Under the pieces are notes generated by a model that was given only the letters and a program-made list of their open reading frames with translations, was not told the origin of the DNA and did not search any database. Source: Mediterranea sp. (GTDB lineage: Bacteria > Bacteroidota > Bacteroidia > Bacteroidales > Bacteroidaceae). Taken from it: a stretch of 64,000 nt of DNA. Location: assembly GCA_031287715.1 (NCBI GenBank), contig JAITSN010000111.1, forward strand, positions 17,848-81,847, read 5' to 3'. The translations under genes were made by a program, and so were the position numbers. Positions 41,020-50,195 of this stretch are shown one piece after another. Position 1 is the first letter of the stretch. The number at the start of each line of letters is the position of its first letter.

Positions 41020-42321
41020 ATGAAACATTTAAAAGTTTTGTTCGTAACAACGTTGGTGTTGTTACCTTCGTTTTGTACAGCTCAACAAGCAGCTTCCATA
41101 CTATTAGCTCTGAACGAAATGCCAACGGAGCCTGTTCCGTTCAATGCAACAAAGAAAACCCCATTTATTGACAATAAAAGTTTCGGTGTAAATAATTCAA
41201 ATAATGCTATACCGGATAAACTCTATTACAATGTTCAGCTCACAGAATATGACCATGCATCCATAGATCCGTATCTCAGTGCTTCAACATTCAGGAAGTT
41301 TGCCATTCCTAATTCTAGCAACAAGATATTGGTCGTATCGTTTGGCGGTTCTACGGATCGGAGAACCGATGCATTATGTGTAGTATCTCCCTCGGGAACA
41401 ATACTTGATACGTTGGAAGCCGCTGTGTTCTATTATCCATCTTTTGGTACCATTGCTTTAAAACAATTCCGCATAGATGCCCTGTTCAATATCATTATCT
41501 CCCGGATTGTGCCGACTTCTTCCACATCTATTCCGCTGGATACTTTCAGTAGTTTTTCGGGATACAGGTTGGATACCACATATGCTATCAATTCTCAAGG
41601 CCGGTTCGTGAAGCAGTCGGAGCAATGTTATGTAACGAAGACTTATACCAGGGCTTATCTGGAGGATAGGAATAAGGATATTTGGAATGGGGGAGAGTAC
41701 CTTTGTGTAACTCAACCTTCAATAGGAGAGGTACTGAATAAAATGTCAACGGAAACCGTGCCGTTCAATGCAACAAAGACAAAGGAATCCATCTACGCGG
41801 ATAGCCATTGGGTGGATAATCCGAACAATGTCATACCGGATAAACTCTATGACAATGTTCAACTCACAGAATATAACCATGCATCCGTAAATCCGGAACT
41901 TGGCGCTTCAACATTCAGGAAGTTTGCCATTCCCAATTCCACCAACAAATTATTAGTCATTGAATTTGGTGGTTGTACAACCTGGCGCACTTATGTATTG
42001 TGTATTGTATCTCCCTCAGGAAGCGTAATAGACACGTTGGAAGCCGCCGTGCATCTCGGCTTTATTGCCCTGAAGCAATTTCGAATAGATGCCCAATCCA
42101 ACATCATTATCACCCGGATTGTGCCGACTTCTTCTACGTCTATTCCGCTGGATACTTTTAGTAGCTTTTCGGGGTACAGGTTGGATACTACATATGCTAT
42201 AAATTCTCAAAATCAATTCGTGAAGCAGTCGGAGCAATGTTATGTAACGAAGACTTATACCGCAACTTATCTGGAGGATGAGGATAAGGATATTTGGAAT
42301 GGGGGAGAAACGCCTCTTTAA
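41020..42321 (+). CDS. Secreted hypothetical protein made of two tandem ~200-aa domains
   Basis: Signal peptide; repeated VPFNATK...IPDKLY...STFRKFAIPNS...DIWNGGE. Confidence 0.85.
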   Translation: MKHLKVLFVTTLVLLPSFCTAQQAASILLALNEMPTEPVPFNATKKTPFIDNKSFGVNNSNNAIPDKLYYNVQLTEYDHASIDPYLSASTFRKFAIPNSSNKILVVSFGGSTDRRTDALCVVSPSGTILDTLEAAVFYYPSFGTIALKQFRIDALFNIIISRIVPTSSTSIPLDTFSSFSGYRLDTTYAINSQGRFVKQSEQCYVTKTYTRAYLEDRNKDIWNGGEYLCVTQPSIGEVLNKMSTETVPFNATKTKESIYADSHWVDNPNNVIPDKLYDNVQLTEYNHASVNPELGASTFRKFAIPNSTNKLLVIEFGGCTTWRTYVLCIVSPSGSVIDTLEAAVHLGFIALKQFRIDAQSNIIITRIVPTSSTSIPLDTFSSFSGYRLDTTYAINSQNQFVKQSEQCYVTKTYTATYLEDEDKDIWNGGETPL

Positions 42322-42401
42322 AAACACGTAACCTTTCCATTGCCTGTATGCGTTCTTTGACGGTGGCAAGGGAAGACTTTCCTTTCATGACCTTTGATCC
42401 T

Positions 42402-42432
42402 GCGACAGCCCGACGGGCTGTCGGGCTGTCGC
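42402..42432. terminator. Hairpin between convergent genes
   Basis: GCGACAGCCCGAC-GGGCT-GTCGGGCTGTCGC. Confidence 0.65.
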
Positions 42433-42458
42433 TTTATCGTGCTGTTGTGCTGTAACGG

Positions 42459-43946
42459 TCAGTCATTGATCAGCCACATCCGGTCGTTGATGTCGTCGCT
42501 GCCGCCGAATTGCCGTTGCAAAGCGGTTTCCAAGTTTTCCTTGTTCATCAGCAGTTCATCTTCGGGATACATCCACCGCAGCGGAATCCGGCCGTTGTCG
42601 TTGCCGGGGCCTACGTGAAACTCCGGGATTCCCGTACGGCGCTGGTCGAAGAACGCCTGGTAGCCCGAGTTCTGGAAGAAGGCGACGTATTTCTGTTCCA
42701 GGATCTGCCGCAGGCCGTCGGCGTCGTTTCCTTTATAGCCAATTTCGGAGCGGGACAGGAACCGGTCGATCTCCGCTTGGCTGATGCCGTAAAATTCCAT
42801 GTCGGCCTGGATTCCATTCCGGTAATGAGTGGCGGCGTCCCCGCTGATCCACCCGCGGTTGATGGCTTCGGCAATCGTGAACTGGAGTTCCGGATAGCCC
42901 AGCTGAACGCAGGGGATACCGGTCGGCGTGACGTACAAGCTGTAGCTCACCGTGGCATACTGTCCGGTGTTCAGGCCTTGGGCGATCAGGCTCATGTCTT
43001 CGCCCACTTCGGCGCCGAAGTAAGAAGAGAACAGTTTCTCCCTGTCCGGCACGCCAACATTGATAGCGTCTCCCGGTTCCATCTGAACAAATATGCGGGG
43101 ATCTTCGCTTCTTTTCAGTATTCTCAGGTAAGTTTCCCCGATGGCATCCCGTTGCTTGCGACCCTTGGTGTCGTCGGGGTAAAGAGGGTATCTGTCGCTG
43201 TTTCCGCCCGGGTAAACGATCTTCATGTTGTCGGCGGCGGAGGTCATGAGCGGATAGTTGGCGGGATTGGAGACGATCCGGTTAAACTGTCCTTTTATAT
43301 CCAGGTCGCTGTCGCCGGTTTTTTTGCTCAGGCTCATCAGTACCCGCAGGCGGAAGGAGTTGATGCTCTTTTGCCATTTCAGCAGGTCGCCACCGAAATA
43401 CAGGTCGTCGTTGCCGTTGAACCGCCCCACGCACTCCCCTATTTCCGTATTGGCTTCTTCCAGCAGGTTGAGGCATTGGAGATACACTTCTTTCTGCGTG
43501 TCGTAGTGGGGGGTGAAGTTTCCGTCCGATATTCCTTTCATCGCTTCGCTCATCGGTATGTCTCCCAGGCGTTCGCTCATGCGGACGAAGTAGAACGCGC
43601 GGTAGAACTTGGCGATGGGCGGATAGGCTTTCATCTCGTCGGTCGAGCGTTTGCCGGCTTCGTAAACCATGCGGTCGATATTTCTCAGCTGCGTATAATT
43701 CATTTCGTACCGCCCCAGCAGATAATTCTGATGTCCGTAGAGCTTATGTCCGGTGGTGTAAAATTGGCAGTAGCGTTGGGTGATGTCCCACGGGTCATCC
43801 CAGCTGTCCATAATAACGCCGTTCAGCAGATTGACCGGCGCGATTTCCGTCGGATTGTTGGGGTCTTTGTTCAGTTCCTCAAAGCCGGAGCAGGCGGCGG
43901 CCATCAGCATCAGGTTTATCACGAGTGCCTTATATAAAGTTTTCAT
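42459..43946 (-). CDS. SusD/RagB-like lipoprotein (SusD-like_2 type)
   Basis: Lipobox AAACSGF, LNKDPNNP, GDIPMSEA, YDTQKEVY, DQRRTG, IPLRWMYP. Confidence 0.92.
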   Translation of the reverse strand: MKTLYKALVINLMLMAAACSGFEELNKDPNNPTEIAPVNLLNGVIMDSWDDPWDITQRYCQFYTTGHKLYGHQNYLLGRYEMNYTQLRNIDRMVYEAGKRSTDEMKAYPPIAKFYRAFYFVRMSERLGDIPMSEAMKGISDGNFTPHYDTQKEVYLQCLNLLEEANTEIGECVGRFNGNDDLYFGGDLLKWQKSINSFRLRVLMSLSKKTGDSDLDIKGQFNRIVSNPANYPLMTSAADNMKIVYPGGNSDRYPLYPDDTKGRKQRDAIGETYLRILKRSEDPRIFVQMEPGDAINVGVPDREKLFSSYFGAEVGEDMSLIAQGLNTGQYATVSYSLYVTPTGIPCVQLGYPELQFTIAEAINRGWISGDAATHYRNGIQADMEFYGISQAEIDRFLSRSEIGYKGNDADGLRQILEQKYVAFFQNSGYQAFFDQRRTGIPEFHVGPGNDNGRIPLRWMYPEDELLMNKENLETALQRQFGGSDDINDRMWLIND

Positions 43947-43968
43947 ACGTTTTTATTGTCTTTTGCGG

Positions 43969-46900
43969 TTAGAAAATAATATTCAGATTGACGCCGTAGC
44001 TGCGGAGCGATGGCGTTTGCAGAACCGTTCCCGAGCCGGTGAACTGGTCGAGGTCGATGTAATCCGCCTTGGTGAAGTAAAGCAAGTTGCGCCCGATCAG
44101 GGAGACGGAAGCGGCATTGACCGCCGGTATGTTGGCCAGCAGGCTTTTGGGAACCTTCCAGGTGAAGGTTGCTTCCCGCAGTTTCAGGTAGCTTCGGTCT
44201 TGCATACGCACCGATTGCGTGCGGTAGTATCCCCGTGCGCTTCCCGCCCAGTTCTGATAGATAACGGGAACATTGTTGGGCGCAAACGTACGGTTATCCG
44301 AAATGACGTTCCCGTCCGGGTCTCTTTTCAGTTCGCCGCCCGTCACGATCACGCCCTGGCCGATATACTGTCCGGTGTAGCGGATGCCCCAGCCGTCCGG
44401 ATCATTCTTGTAAGCCACCCAATCGTTGTAGCGGTGTTCGTTGGCCGAGGCTTCGTGCCGTCCGCCCCGCCACAGGTTCTCCCAAGTATTGTTTTCGATG
44501 ATCCCGCCGGAGGCGCCGTCGATAGCGATGTTTATCGAAAAATCTTTGTACCGGAGTGTATTGGCTATGCCGAAGGTGAAATCGTTGTCGGAATTGCCCC
44601 AGTACTTCTTGATCGGGTCGCGAAGGGGCATCCCGTTCTGGTAGATGATGTTGCCCTGCGGGTCGCGCAGGAAATCTTCCACCCAAAGCTCGTCGGCGCG
44701 CCGGCCTACCTTGATGTAGCCGAGGTTTTCCAGATCGCCGTAAACCTTATCCAGCCAGCGGTGCGACGACGAGATATTGGCGGTTATATCCCAATCGAGA
44801 TCCTTTCTCCTGACCGGTTGCGCCGTCAGCGTCAGCTCATAACCTTTCCGGGTATACGTCAGGCCGTTCACCTTGCGCAGGCCGACGCCGGAAGATGACG
44901 GTGTTTGCAGGTCGAAGATCTGCGGGCCGTCCTTGGCGATAAAGTAGGCGAAGTCAACGCCCAGGCGGTTGCGGAAGAAGCGCATGTCGGTTCCTATTTC
45001 CGACGAGGAGCTGAACTCCGGTTTGATGTTTTGGTCTACCGACGTATTGCTGGAATAGAACGGCATTTTCTTATCCCACAGCGTGCCCTGCGAGTAGGTC
45101 GTGCCGAGCTGATACGGTTCGAGGTCGCCGCCGACCCGGGCGTAGGAAGCCCTCACCCGCAGGAAGGAAAAGATGTTCGACAGATCGACGATGTCCGTGA
45201 CCACCGCGCTCAGCGAAGCCGACGGATAGAAGTAGGTGTTGTTGTCCACCGGCAGCGTCGAGGATTTATCCACGCGTCCGGTCAAGCTCAGGAACAGTAC
45301 GTTCTTGAAATCAATATCGGCATATCCGTAGGCGCTGGCGACTTGTTTTTCCCAGCGGCTGCTGGTGCCGGAGCGTTGTTCGACCGAGTTTTGAAGGGTG
45401 TATATCCCCGGGGCGATCAGTCCGCCGCGGGTGGCATCCCACGAATTGTTTTGTTTGATCGTCCGCAAGCTCCCGCCCAGCGAGGCTTTCAATCCGAACG
45501 ACGGGCTGAGCTGTTTGGCGTAATTGAAAAGAATATCGGTATTGTTGTCCCAATAATGCTCGTTGGATTCTTCGTAGCCGCCCACGAACTTGAAGTTCAT
45601 GTCGTAGACCGATATGGACAGCGGGTAGCGCTCGTCATTATTGAGCGCATACAACGAGAGGTTCGACCTCAGCCTCACGTCCAAGTCGGGAGTGATGCGC
45701 CATTTGAGCGAGAGGTTTCCGTGCGTATCGTCTTTGTAATGCCCCCGCAGGTTCTCATAAGCCTGGAAGTACATATTGTTATACTGCGCATAGTCGTAGC
45801 TGTTTTGTTGGAGGCCTTCCTGTCCGGGTTTCCAGTAATCCCGCAGATCGCGGATGTCATAGTTGGCGCTGCCCCAGATCAGGATGGTATAGATGGGGCT
45901 TCTGGGGTTGTAGATCAGGTCCGGGTAGTTGGGCGAAGCCGTCCGGTTGTAGTTGATGACGGCTTCGGCGCGGAGGCTTTTGCTGATGTCGATGCCTCCG
46001 GTGATGTTCACGTTGAGCGAGTTCAGCTTGGTGTTCGGGACGATTCCTTTCTGGTAGGTGTCCGACAGGGATATTCTCACGTCGCTCTTGTCGCTTTTGG
46101 AGGCGATCGACACATTATTTGTCGTCACAAGGCCCGTTTCCAGGAAGTTGGTCAGGTTGTTCGCCCCCCGTGCGACCCACGGCGTGGGCGTCCGTACTCC
46201 GGTAACCGGATCTATCGGGCTGTCATATTGTTTGAGGAGTTGCCCTTCGAAGCGCGGCCCCCAAATGTCGGCATCGGAGTTGTTCACCCCATTGATATTC
46301 CCTTTCTCCCCGTCGCCAAACGAGTATTGGTAGTCGTAGCCCGTGCCGTATTCGTTCTGCACCTTGGGGATGACCAGGTAGCCGGTTTGCACCTGCGTGC
46401 TTGAGCTGATCTCCACCGTAGCTTTGCCGTTTGCTCCGCCGGCGCGCTTGGTGGTGATCTGCACCGCTCCGTTCTTGCCGTACGAGCCGTAGAGCGCCGA
46501 GGCCGTCGGGCCTTTGAGCACGCTGATGTTTTCGATGTCGTCCGGACTGATATTCCACGTATCCGAAGCCACGGGAACGCCGTCAACCACGATCAGCGGC
46601 TTTTGTCCGCGAAGATAGATCTCCGGGCTTTTCAGCAAGTCGGTCGATGGCGCAACCCGCAGGCCGGAGATCTTCCCCGTCAGGGCGGAAAACGGATTGG
46701 CGTCGCGCGACGTCGCAATGTCGGCGCCCTTGACCTCTTGCACCGAATAGCCCAGGATCTTTTTCTCCTTGACCACCCCCAGCGCGGTAACAACCGTTTC
46801 CTGCAAGGTGATGGTCTCTTCCTGCAACGTAACGGATAAGTGGCGCCGGTTCCCCACCAACACTTCCTTATCCAGAAAGCCGAGGTAACGCACCAGCAGC

Positions 46901-47103
46901 GTGCTGTTCTCCGACGGGACCTCCATTTCAAAACGCCCGTCCATATCGCTGATCACGCCGTTTGCCGGATCATCTTTCACGTGCACCGTGGCGCCCGCCA
47001 CGGGTTCCTTATTGCCGTCGGCAACCGTTCCGGTTACTTTTATTTGGGCAAAAAGAACCTCTGAGCAGCAATACAGGACTGCCGCCAATACAATTTTTCT
47101 CAT
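43969..47103 (-). CDS. SusC/RagA TonB-dependent transporter
   Basis: QETVVTALG, LKGPTASALYGSYGKNGAVQITTK, terminal GVNLNIIF. Confidence 0.96.
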   Translation of the reverse strand: MRKIVLAAVLYCCSEVLFAQIKVTGTVADGNKEPVAGATVHVKDDPANGVISDMDGRFEMEVPSENSTLLVRYLGFLDKEVLVGNRRHLSVTLQEETITLQETVVTALGVVKEKKILGYSVQEVKGADIATSRDANPFSALTGKISGLRVAPSTDLLKSPEIYLRGQKPLIVVDGVPVASDTWNISPDDIENISVLKGPTASALYGSYGKNGAVQITTKRAGGANGKATVEISSSTQVQTGYLVIPKVQNEYGTGYDYQYSFGDGEKGNINGVNNSDADIWGPRFEGQLLKQYDSPIDPVTGVRTPTPWVARGANNLTNFLETGLVTTNNVSIASKSDKSDVRISLSDTYQKGIVPNTKLNSLNVNITGGIDISKSLRAEAVINYNRTASPNYPDLIYNPRSPIYTILIWGSANYDIRDLRDYWKPGQEGLQQNSYDYAQYNNMYFQAYENLRGHYKDDTHGNLSLKWRITPDLDVRLRSNLSLYALNNDERYPLSISVYDMNFKFVGGYEESNEHYWDNNTDILFNYAKQLSPSFGLKASLGGSLRTIKQNNSWDATRGGLIAPGIYTLQNSVEQRSGTSSRWEKQVASAYGYADIDFKNVLFLSLTGRVDKSSTLPVDNNTYFYPSASLSAVVTDIVDLSNIFSFLRVRASYARVGGDLEPYQLGTTYSQGTLWDKKMPFYSSNTSVDQNIKPEFSSSSEIGTDMRFFRNRLGVDFAYFIAKDGPQIFDLQTPSSSGVGLRKVNGLTYTRKGYELTLTAQPVRRKDLDWDITANISSSHRWLDKVYGDLENLGYIKVGRRADELWVEDFLRDPQGNIIYQNGMPLRDPIKKYWGNSDNDFTFGIANTLRYKDFSINIAIDGASGGIIENNTWENLWRGGRHEASANEHRYNDWVAYKNDPDGWGIRYTGQYIGQGVIVTGGELKRDPDGNVISDNRTFAPNNVPVIYQNWAGSARGYYRTQSVRMQDRSYLKLREATFTWKVPKSLLANIPAVNAASVSLIGRNLLYFTKADYIDLDQFTGSGTVLQTPSLRSYGVNLNIIF

Positions 47104-47143
47104 AACTATTTGTTATTAAATGAAAGTTGTCAGGGAATTGTCT

Positions 47144-47770
47144 TTAATTCATCTTCGCCAGCAGTTTGCCGGCTATTTTGGAGAATTGCTTGGAGTAACG
47201 GCCCAGATCGTCCATATCCAATGATGAAAACCGGTGCCTGCCGCGGAACACAACCTTCTTGCTGCCGTCGTACACCGAATAGTTGATGATGTGGGAAACG
47301 TTGTGGTACGGATACCCTTCCCTCTTGATATAATACTGGTCGACCAGCATCACGTAAGCCGTTGATGTCTTTTTGAGGAAACCGTTCAATTCCCCTTGCG
47401 GGACGGCCGAAAGGTCGCTCTCCATCTCATCGCCGCTCATCGTATATTTCACCGATTCACGGATGGCCTGTCCCTCTTCGGGGCAGCAATAAACCATATT
47501 GGTCTTGCCGTCCTTCAGGCTTGCACGGCTCAAGGTTTCAAAGAAGATCCGGTTGAAGGCCTCATTGATAGAATCTTCCGGCACGTTCATCCTTTGGGCG
47601 ATCGTTTCGTCGGAAAAATAATTCGAGTGCAGGTTGTCGTTGCCGATACCCAGGAAGGCAATTCTCTGCACGCCCGCGGCTGCATCTTTTCCATCTCCGT
47701 CGCCGGCGCTCAACGTACATATCCCGAATACAGGGATCATACATAACATAGATAATACCATCTTTTTCAT
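47144..47770 (-). CDS. Secreted hypothetical protein
   Basis: Signal peptide, 208 aa, 40 bp upstream of SusC on same strand. Confidence 0.75.
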   Translation of the reverse strand: MKKMVLSMLCMIPVFGICTLSAGDGDGKDAAAGVQRIAFLGIGNDNLHSNYFSDETIAQRMNVPEDSINEAFNRIFFETLSRASLKDGKTNMVYCCPEEGQAIRESVKYTMSGDEMESDLSAVPQGELNGFLKKTSTAYVMLVDQYYIKREGYPYHNVSHIINYSVYDGSKKVVFRGRHRFSSLDMDDLGRYSKQFSKIAGKLLAKMN

Positions 47771-47801
47771 TGTCTATCCATCTTAAAATTTATCATAATC
47801 T

Positions 47802-47860
47802 CATTTACCATTTACCATTTACTATTTACCATTTAATACCGTTTACAATTTACCGTTTGC
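47802..47860. repeat. Heptamer tract (ATTTACC)n
   Basis: CATTTAC CATTTAC CATTTAC TATTTAC CATTTA... Confidence 0.8.
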
Positions 47861-47898
47861 CATTTTTCTGAAACGCCATTCTGAGGCTTTTGTGAGGT

Positions 47899-48203
47899 TT
47901 TTCCATTTGCCGAAGCGGTTTCCGGCGGCCGGAAATGACTTTTCCATTTGCCGAAGCGGTTTCCGGCCGCCGGAAATGACTTTTCCATTTGCCGAAGCGG
48001 TTTCCGGCCGCCGGAAATGGCTTTTCCATTTGCCGAAGAGGTTTCCGGCCGCCGGAAATGACTTTTCCATTTGACGAAGCGGTTTCCGGCCACCGGAAAT
48101 GACTTTTCCATTTGACGAAGCGGTTTCCGGCCGCCGGAAATGGCTTTTCCATTTGACGAAGCGGTTTCCGGCCGCCGGATGAGGCTTTGCAGTTTGACGA
48201 AGC
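47899..48203. repeat. Tandem array of seven 41-bp units plus partial
   Basis: Unit TTTTCCATTTG(C/A)CGAAGCGGTTTCCGGCCGCCGGAAATG(A/G)C at 47899, 47940, 47981, 48022, 48063, 48104, 48145. Confidence 0.97.
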
Positions 48204-48259
48204 CTCACTCAGGCCTTTCATTCAAAGATCGATGTTCCGGACACTGCCGTCCGGATCCC

Positions 48260-49393
48260 TTAACGGGGTAACTCCGTCCCACTCTCCTTTGTAGAGGGCC
48301 GGGGTGAGGCTGTCGTTTCTTCCACCGCCTTGATCAGCGCCTCAAAATCCCGTTCGTACACATCGCCGATCGTCCCGATGCGAAACGTATCCGTTTGCGA
48401 TATTTTCCCGGGGTAGATGACGAATCCCTTTTGTTTCAGCCGGTTGTAGAACGTCTCAAAGCAGAAGGACGGGTCGGGATAAAGGAAGGATGTGATGATG
48501 GGCGACTGTTTTTCGTCCGGCAACAAAGGCGCATAGCCCAGCCGCGTCATGCCTTCGACCAAGATCCGGTGGTTGGCCTTGTAACGCGCGTGTCTGGCTG
48601 TTATCCCGCCTTCTTCGTGCAACTCTTTCAGCGCCTGCTGAAACGCCCTTACCACATGGGTCGGCGAGGTGAAACGCCACTTTCCACGCTTCTTTTCCAT
48701 CGTCTCCCACTGGTCGTAAATGTCCAAGGACAGGCTTGCGGCGTTGCCCTTGCACTTCTCCAGCGCCTCCTTGCGGGCGATGATAAACCCGAAGCCCGGA
48801 ACGCCCTGGATACATTTGTTGGCGCTGCTGACCAAAAGGTCGATGCCCAGCCGGCCGGCATCAAAAGGGATGCCTCCGAAGCTGCTCATCGCATCGACAA
48901 TGAGTGTCTTGCCATGCTTTTTGACGATGGAGCAAAGCGCCTCCAGCGGATTCAAAATGCCCGTCGTCGTTTCGCAATGCACGAAAGAAACATGCGTGAC
49001 GTCCCTGTGCCTGCCCAAAAAACGGTCGAGCATATCGGGACAAACCGTTTCCGTTTCGGGAAAAGAAATTACATCGTGGCTGATCTTCGCATAGCGGGCG
49101 ATTTCCGCCATCCGGTCGCCGTAAGCGCCGTTGGCAAGGACCAGCAACTTGCCGTCTTCCGGCACGGAACAGGTCAGCGCGCCTTCTACGGCGAACGTGC
49201 CGCTGCCCTGCAGCAGAACGCTTGTGTAATCGTCCGGCGAGCCGGTTGCCAGGCCCACCAGCTCCGACCGGATGTGCTGGACGATGTCCAAATTATACTC
49301 ATCGTCCCACGTGCACCAATCTTCCAGCATCGTGCTTTTAACGGTCTCCGAAGTGGTCAGCGGGCCGGGCGTCAATAAAATATAAGGTCTCAT
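48260..49393 (-). CDS. phnW: 2-aminoethylphosphonate--pyruvate transaminase
   Basis: LLTPGPLTTS, DWCTWD, HCETTTGILNP, VDAMSSFGG, SSANKCIQGVPGFG, WRFTSPTH. Confidence 0.96.
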   Translation of the reverse strand: MRPYILLTPGPLTTSETVKSTMLEDWCTWDDEYNLDIVQHIRSELVGLATGSPDDYTSVLLQGSGTFAVEGALTCSVPEDGKLLVLANGAYGDRMAEIARYAKISHDVISFPETETVCPDMLDRFLGRHRDVTHVSFVHCETTTGILNPLEALCSIVKKHGKTLIVDAMSSFGGIPFDAGRLGIDLLVSSANKCIQGVPGFGFIIARKEALEKCKGNAASLSLDIYDQWETMEKKRGKWRFTSPTHVVRAFQQALKELHEEGGITARHARYKANHRILVEGMTRLGYAPLLPDEKQSPIITSFLYPDPSFCFETFYNRLKQKGFVIYPGKISQTDTFRIGTIGDVYERDFEALIKAVEETTASPRPSTKESGTELPR

Positions 49394-50187
49394 AAGTCTG
49401 TCAGGTTGATATGTTCAATCAGTTGCGGCAGCTTGCCGATGCTGTCGATCACATAGTGTGCGCCGGCGTCTGTCATCCGGTTGCGGACGGCTTGCATCTT
49501 CCGGCCCAGCTCTTCTTCGGGCATTTGCCGGACGTCTTCTTCGGACAAGCCCAATTCGCTGCTCCCCAGGATAACGCCAGCCGTGCGGACGCCGGCGTTC
49601 AGCCCCTCGCGGATGTCTTCGAGCGTATCGCCAACCTTCAGCACGCAGCCCGGATGCCGCACATCCAGGTTGATCATGTTCCTGAAGATCATGAACGGGG
49701 CGGGGCGACCGGCAGGAAGTCCGTCCGGCGTCACGCAGCTATCCGTCTTATAACCCAGCCGACCGGCGACCGGCTCGACAATATCCATCATTGCGCGGGT
49801 ATAGCCGGTGGTGGAACCGATCTTGATGCCTTGTCCGCGCAACGCCTTGACCGCTTCAACGGCTCCCGCGATCGGCGCCGCATAACGGTCGAGCCTCAGG
49901 AACAAATGATATTCAAAAGATTCGTTCAGTCCGATCAGGTCATCCGCCTTCCATTCCCTCCGGTAGATGCTAAGGAATTGCGCGCGGACGGCATCCGTTT
50001 GCAGCAGCGTGCGGATATGCTCGATCTTCGCCTTCCCCATCGGCCGGCGAACCTCTTCAACCGACAACCGGATATTTTTCTCTCCAAAGGCTTTGACGAA
50101 AGCCTCCACCGGGGCGAAACAGCCGAAATCAACAGCCGTTCCCGCCCAATCCATAATGACACATTCTATTTTCTTCTTCATGATCAT
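49390..50187 (-). CDS. phnX: Phosphonoacetaldehyde hydrolase (phosphonatase)
   Basis: DWAGTAVDFGCFAP, PMGKAKIEHIR, GSTTGY, GRPAP, KVGDT; overlaps phnW start. Confidence 0.96.
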   Translation of the reverse strand: MIMKKKIECVIMDWAGTAVDFGCFAPVEAFVKAFGEKNIRLSVEEVRRPMGKAKIEHIRTLLQTDAVRAQFLSIYRREWKADDLIGLNESFEYHLFLRLDRYAAPIAGAVEAVKALRGQGIKIGSTTGYTRAMMDIVEPVAGRLGYKTDSCVTPDGLPAGRPAPFMIFRNMINLDVRHPGCVLKVGDTLEDIREGLNAGVRTAGVILGSSELGLSEEDVRQMPEEELGRKMQAVRNRMTDAGAHYVIDSIGKLPQLIEHINLTDL

Positions 50188-50195
50188 CGTTTGAA

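Noticed and set aside
41455-42308. DGR template/variable repeat pair inside the duplicated gene
   Set aside because: Differences are mostly synonymous C/T and A/G changes in both directions, not adenine-specific
9772-46404. Long antisense ORFs (e.g. 9772-11256, 26418-27644, 39467-40762, 42510-43937, 44905-46404)
   Set aside because: Shadow frames of GC3-rich real genes on the opposite strand
47833-48221. Three overlapping minus-strand ORFs
   Set aside because: All are read-throughs of the 41-bp array in different frames
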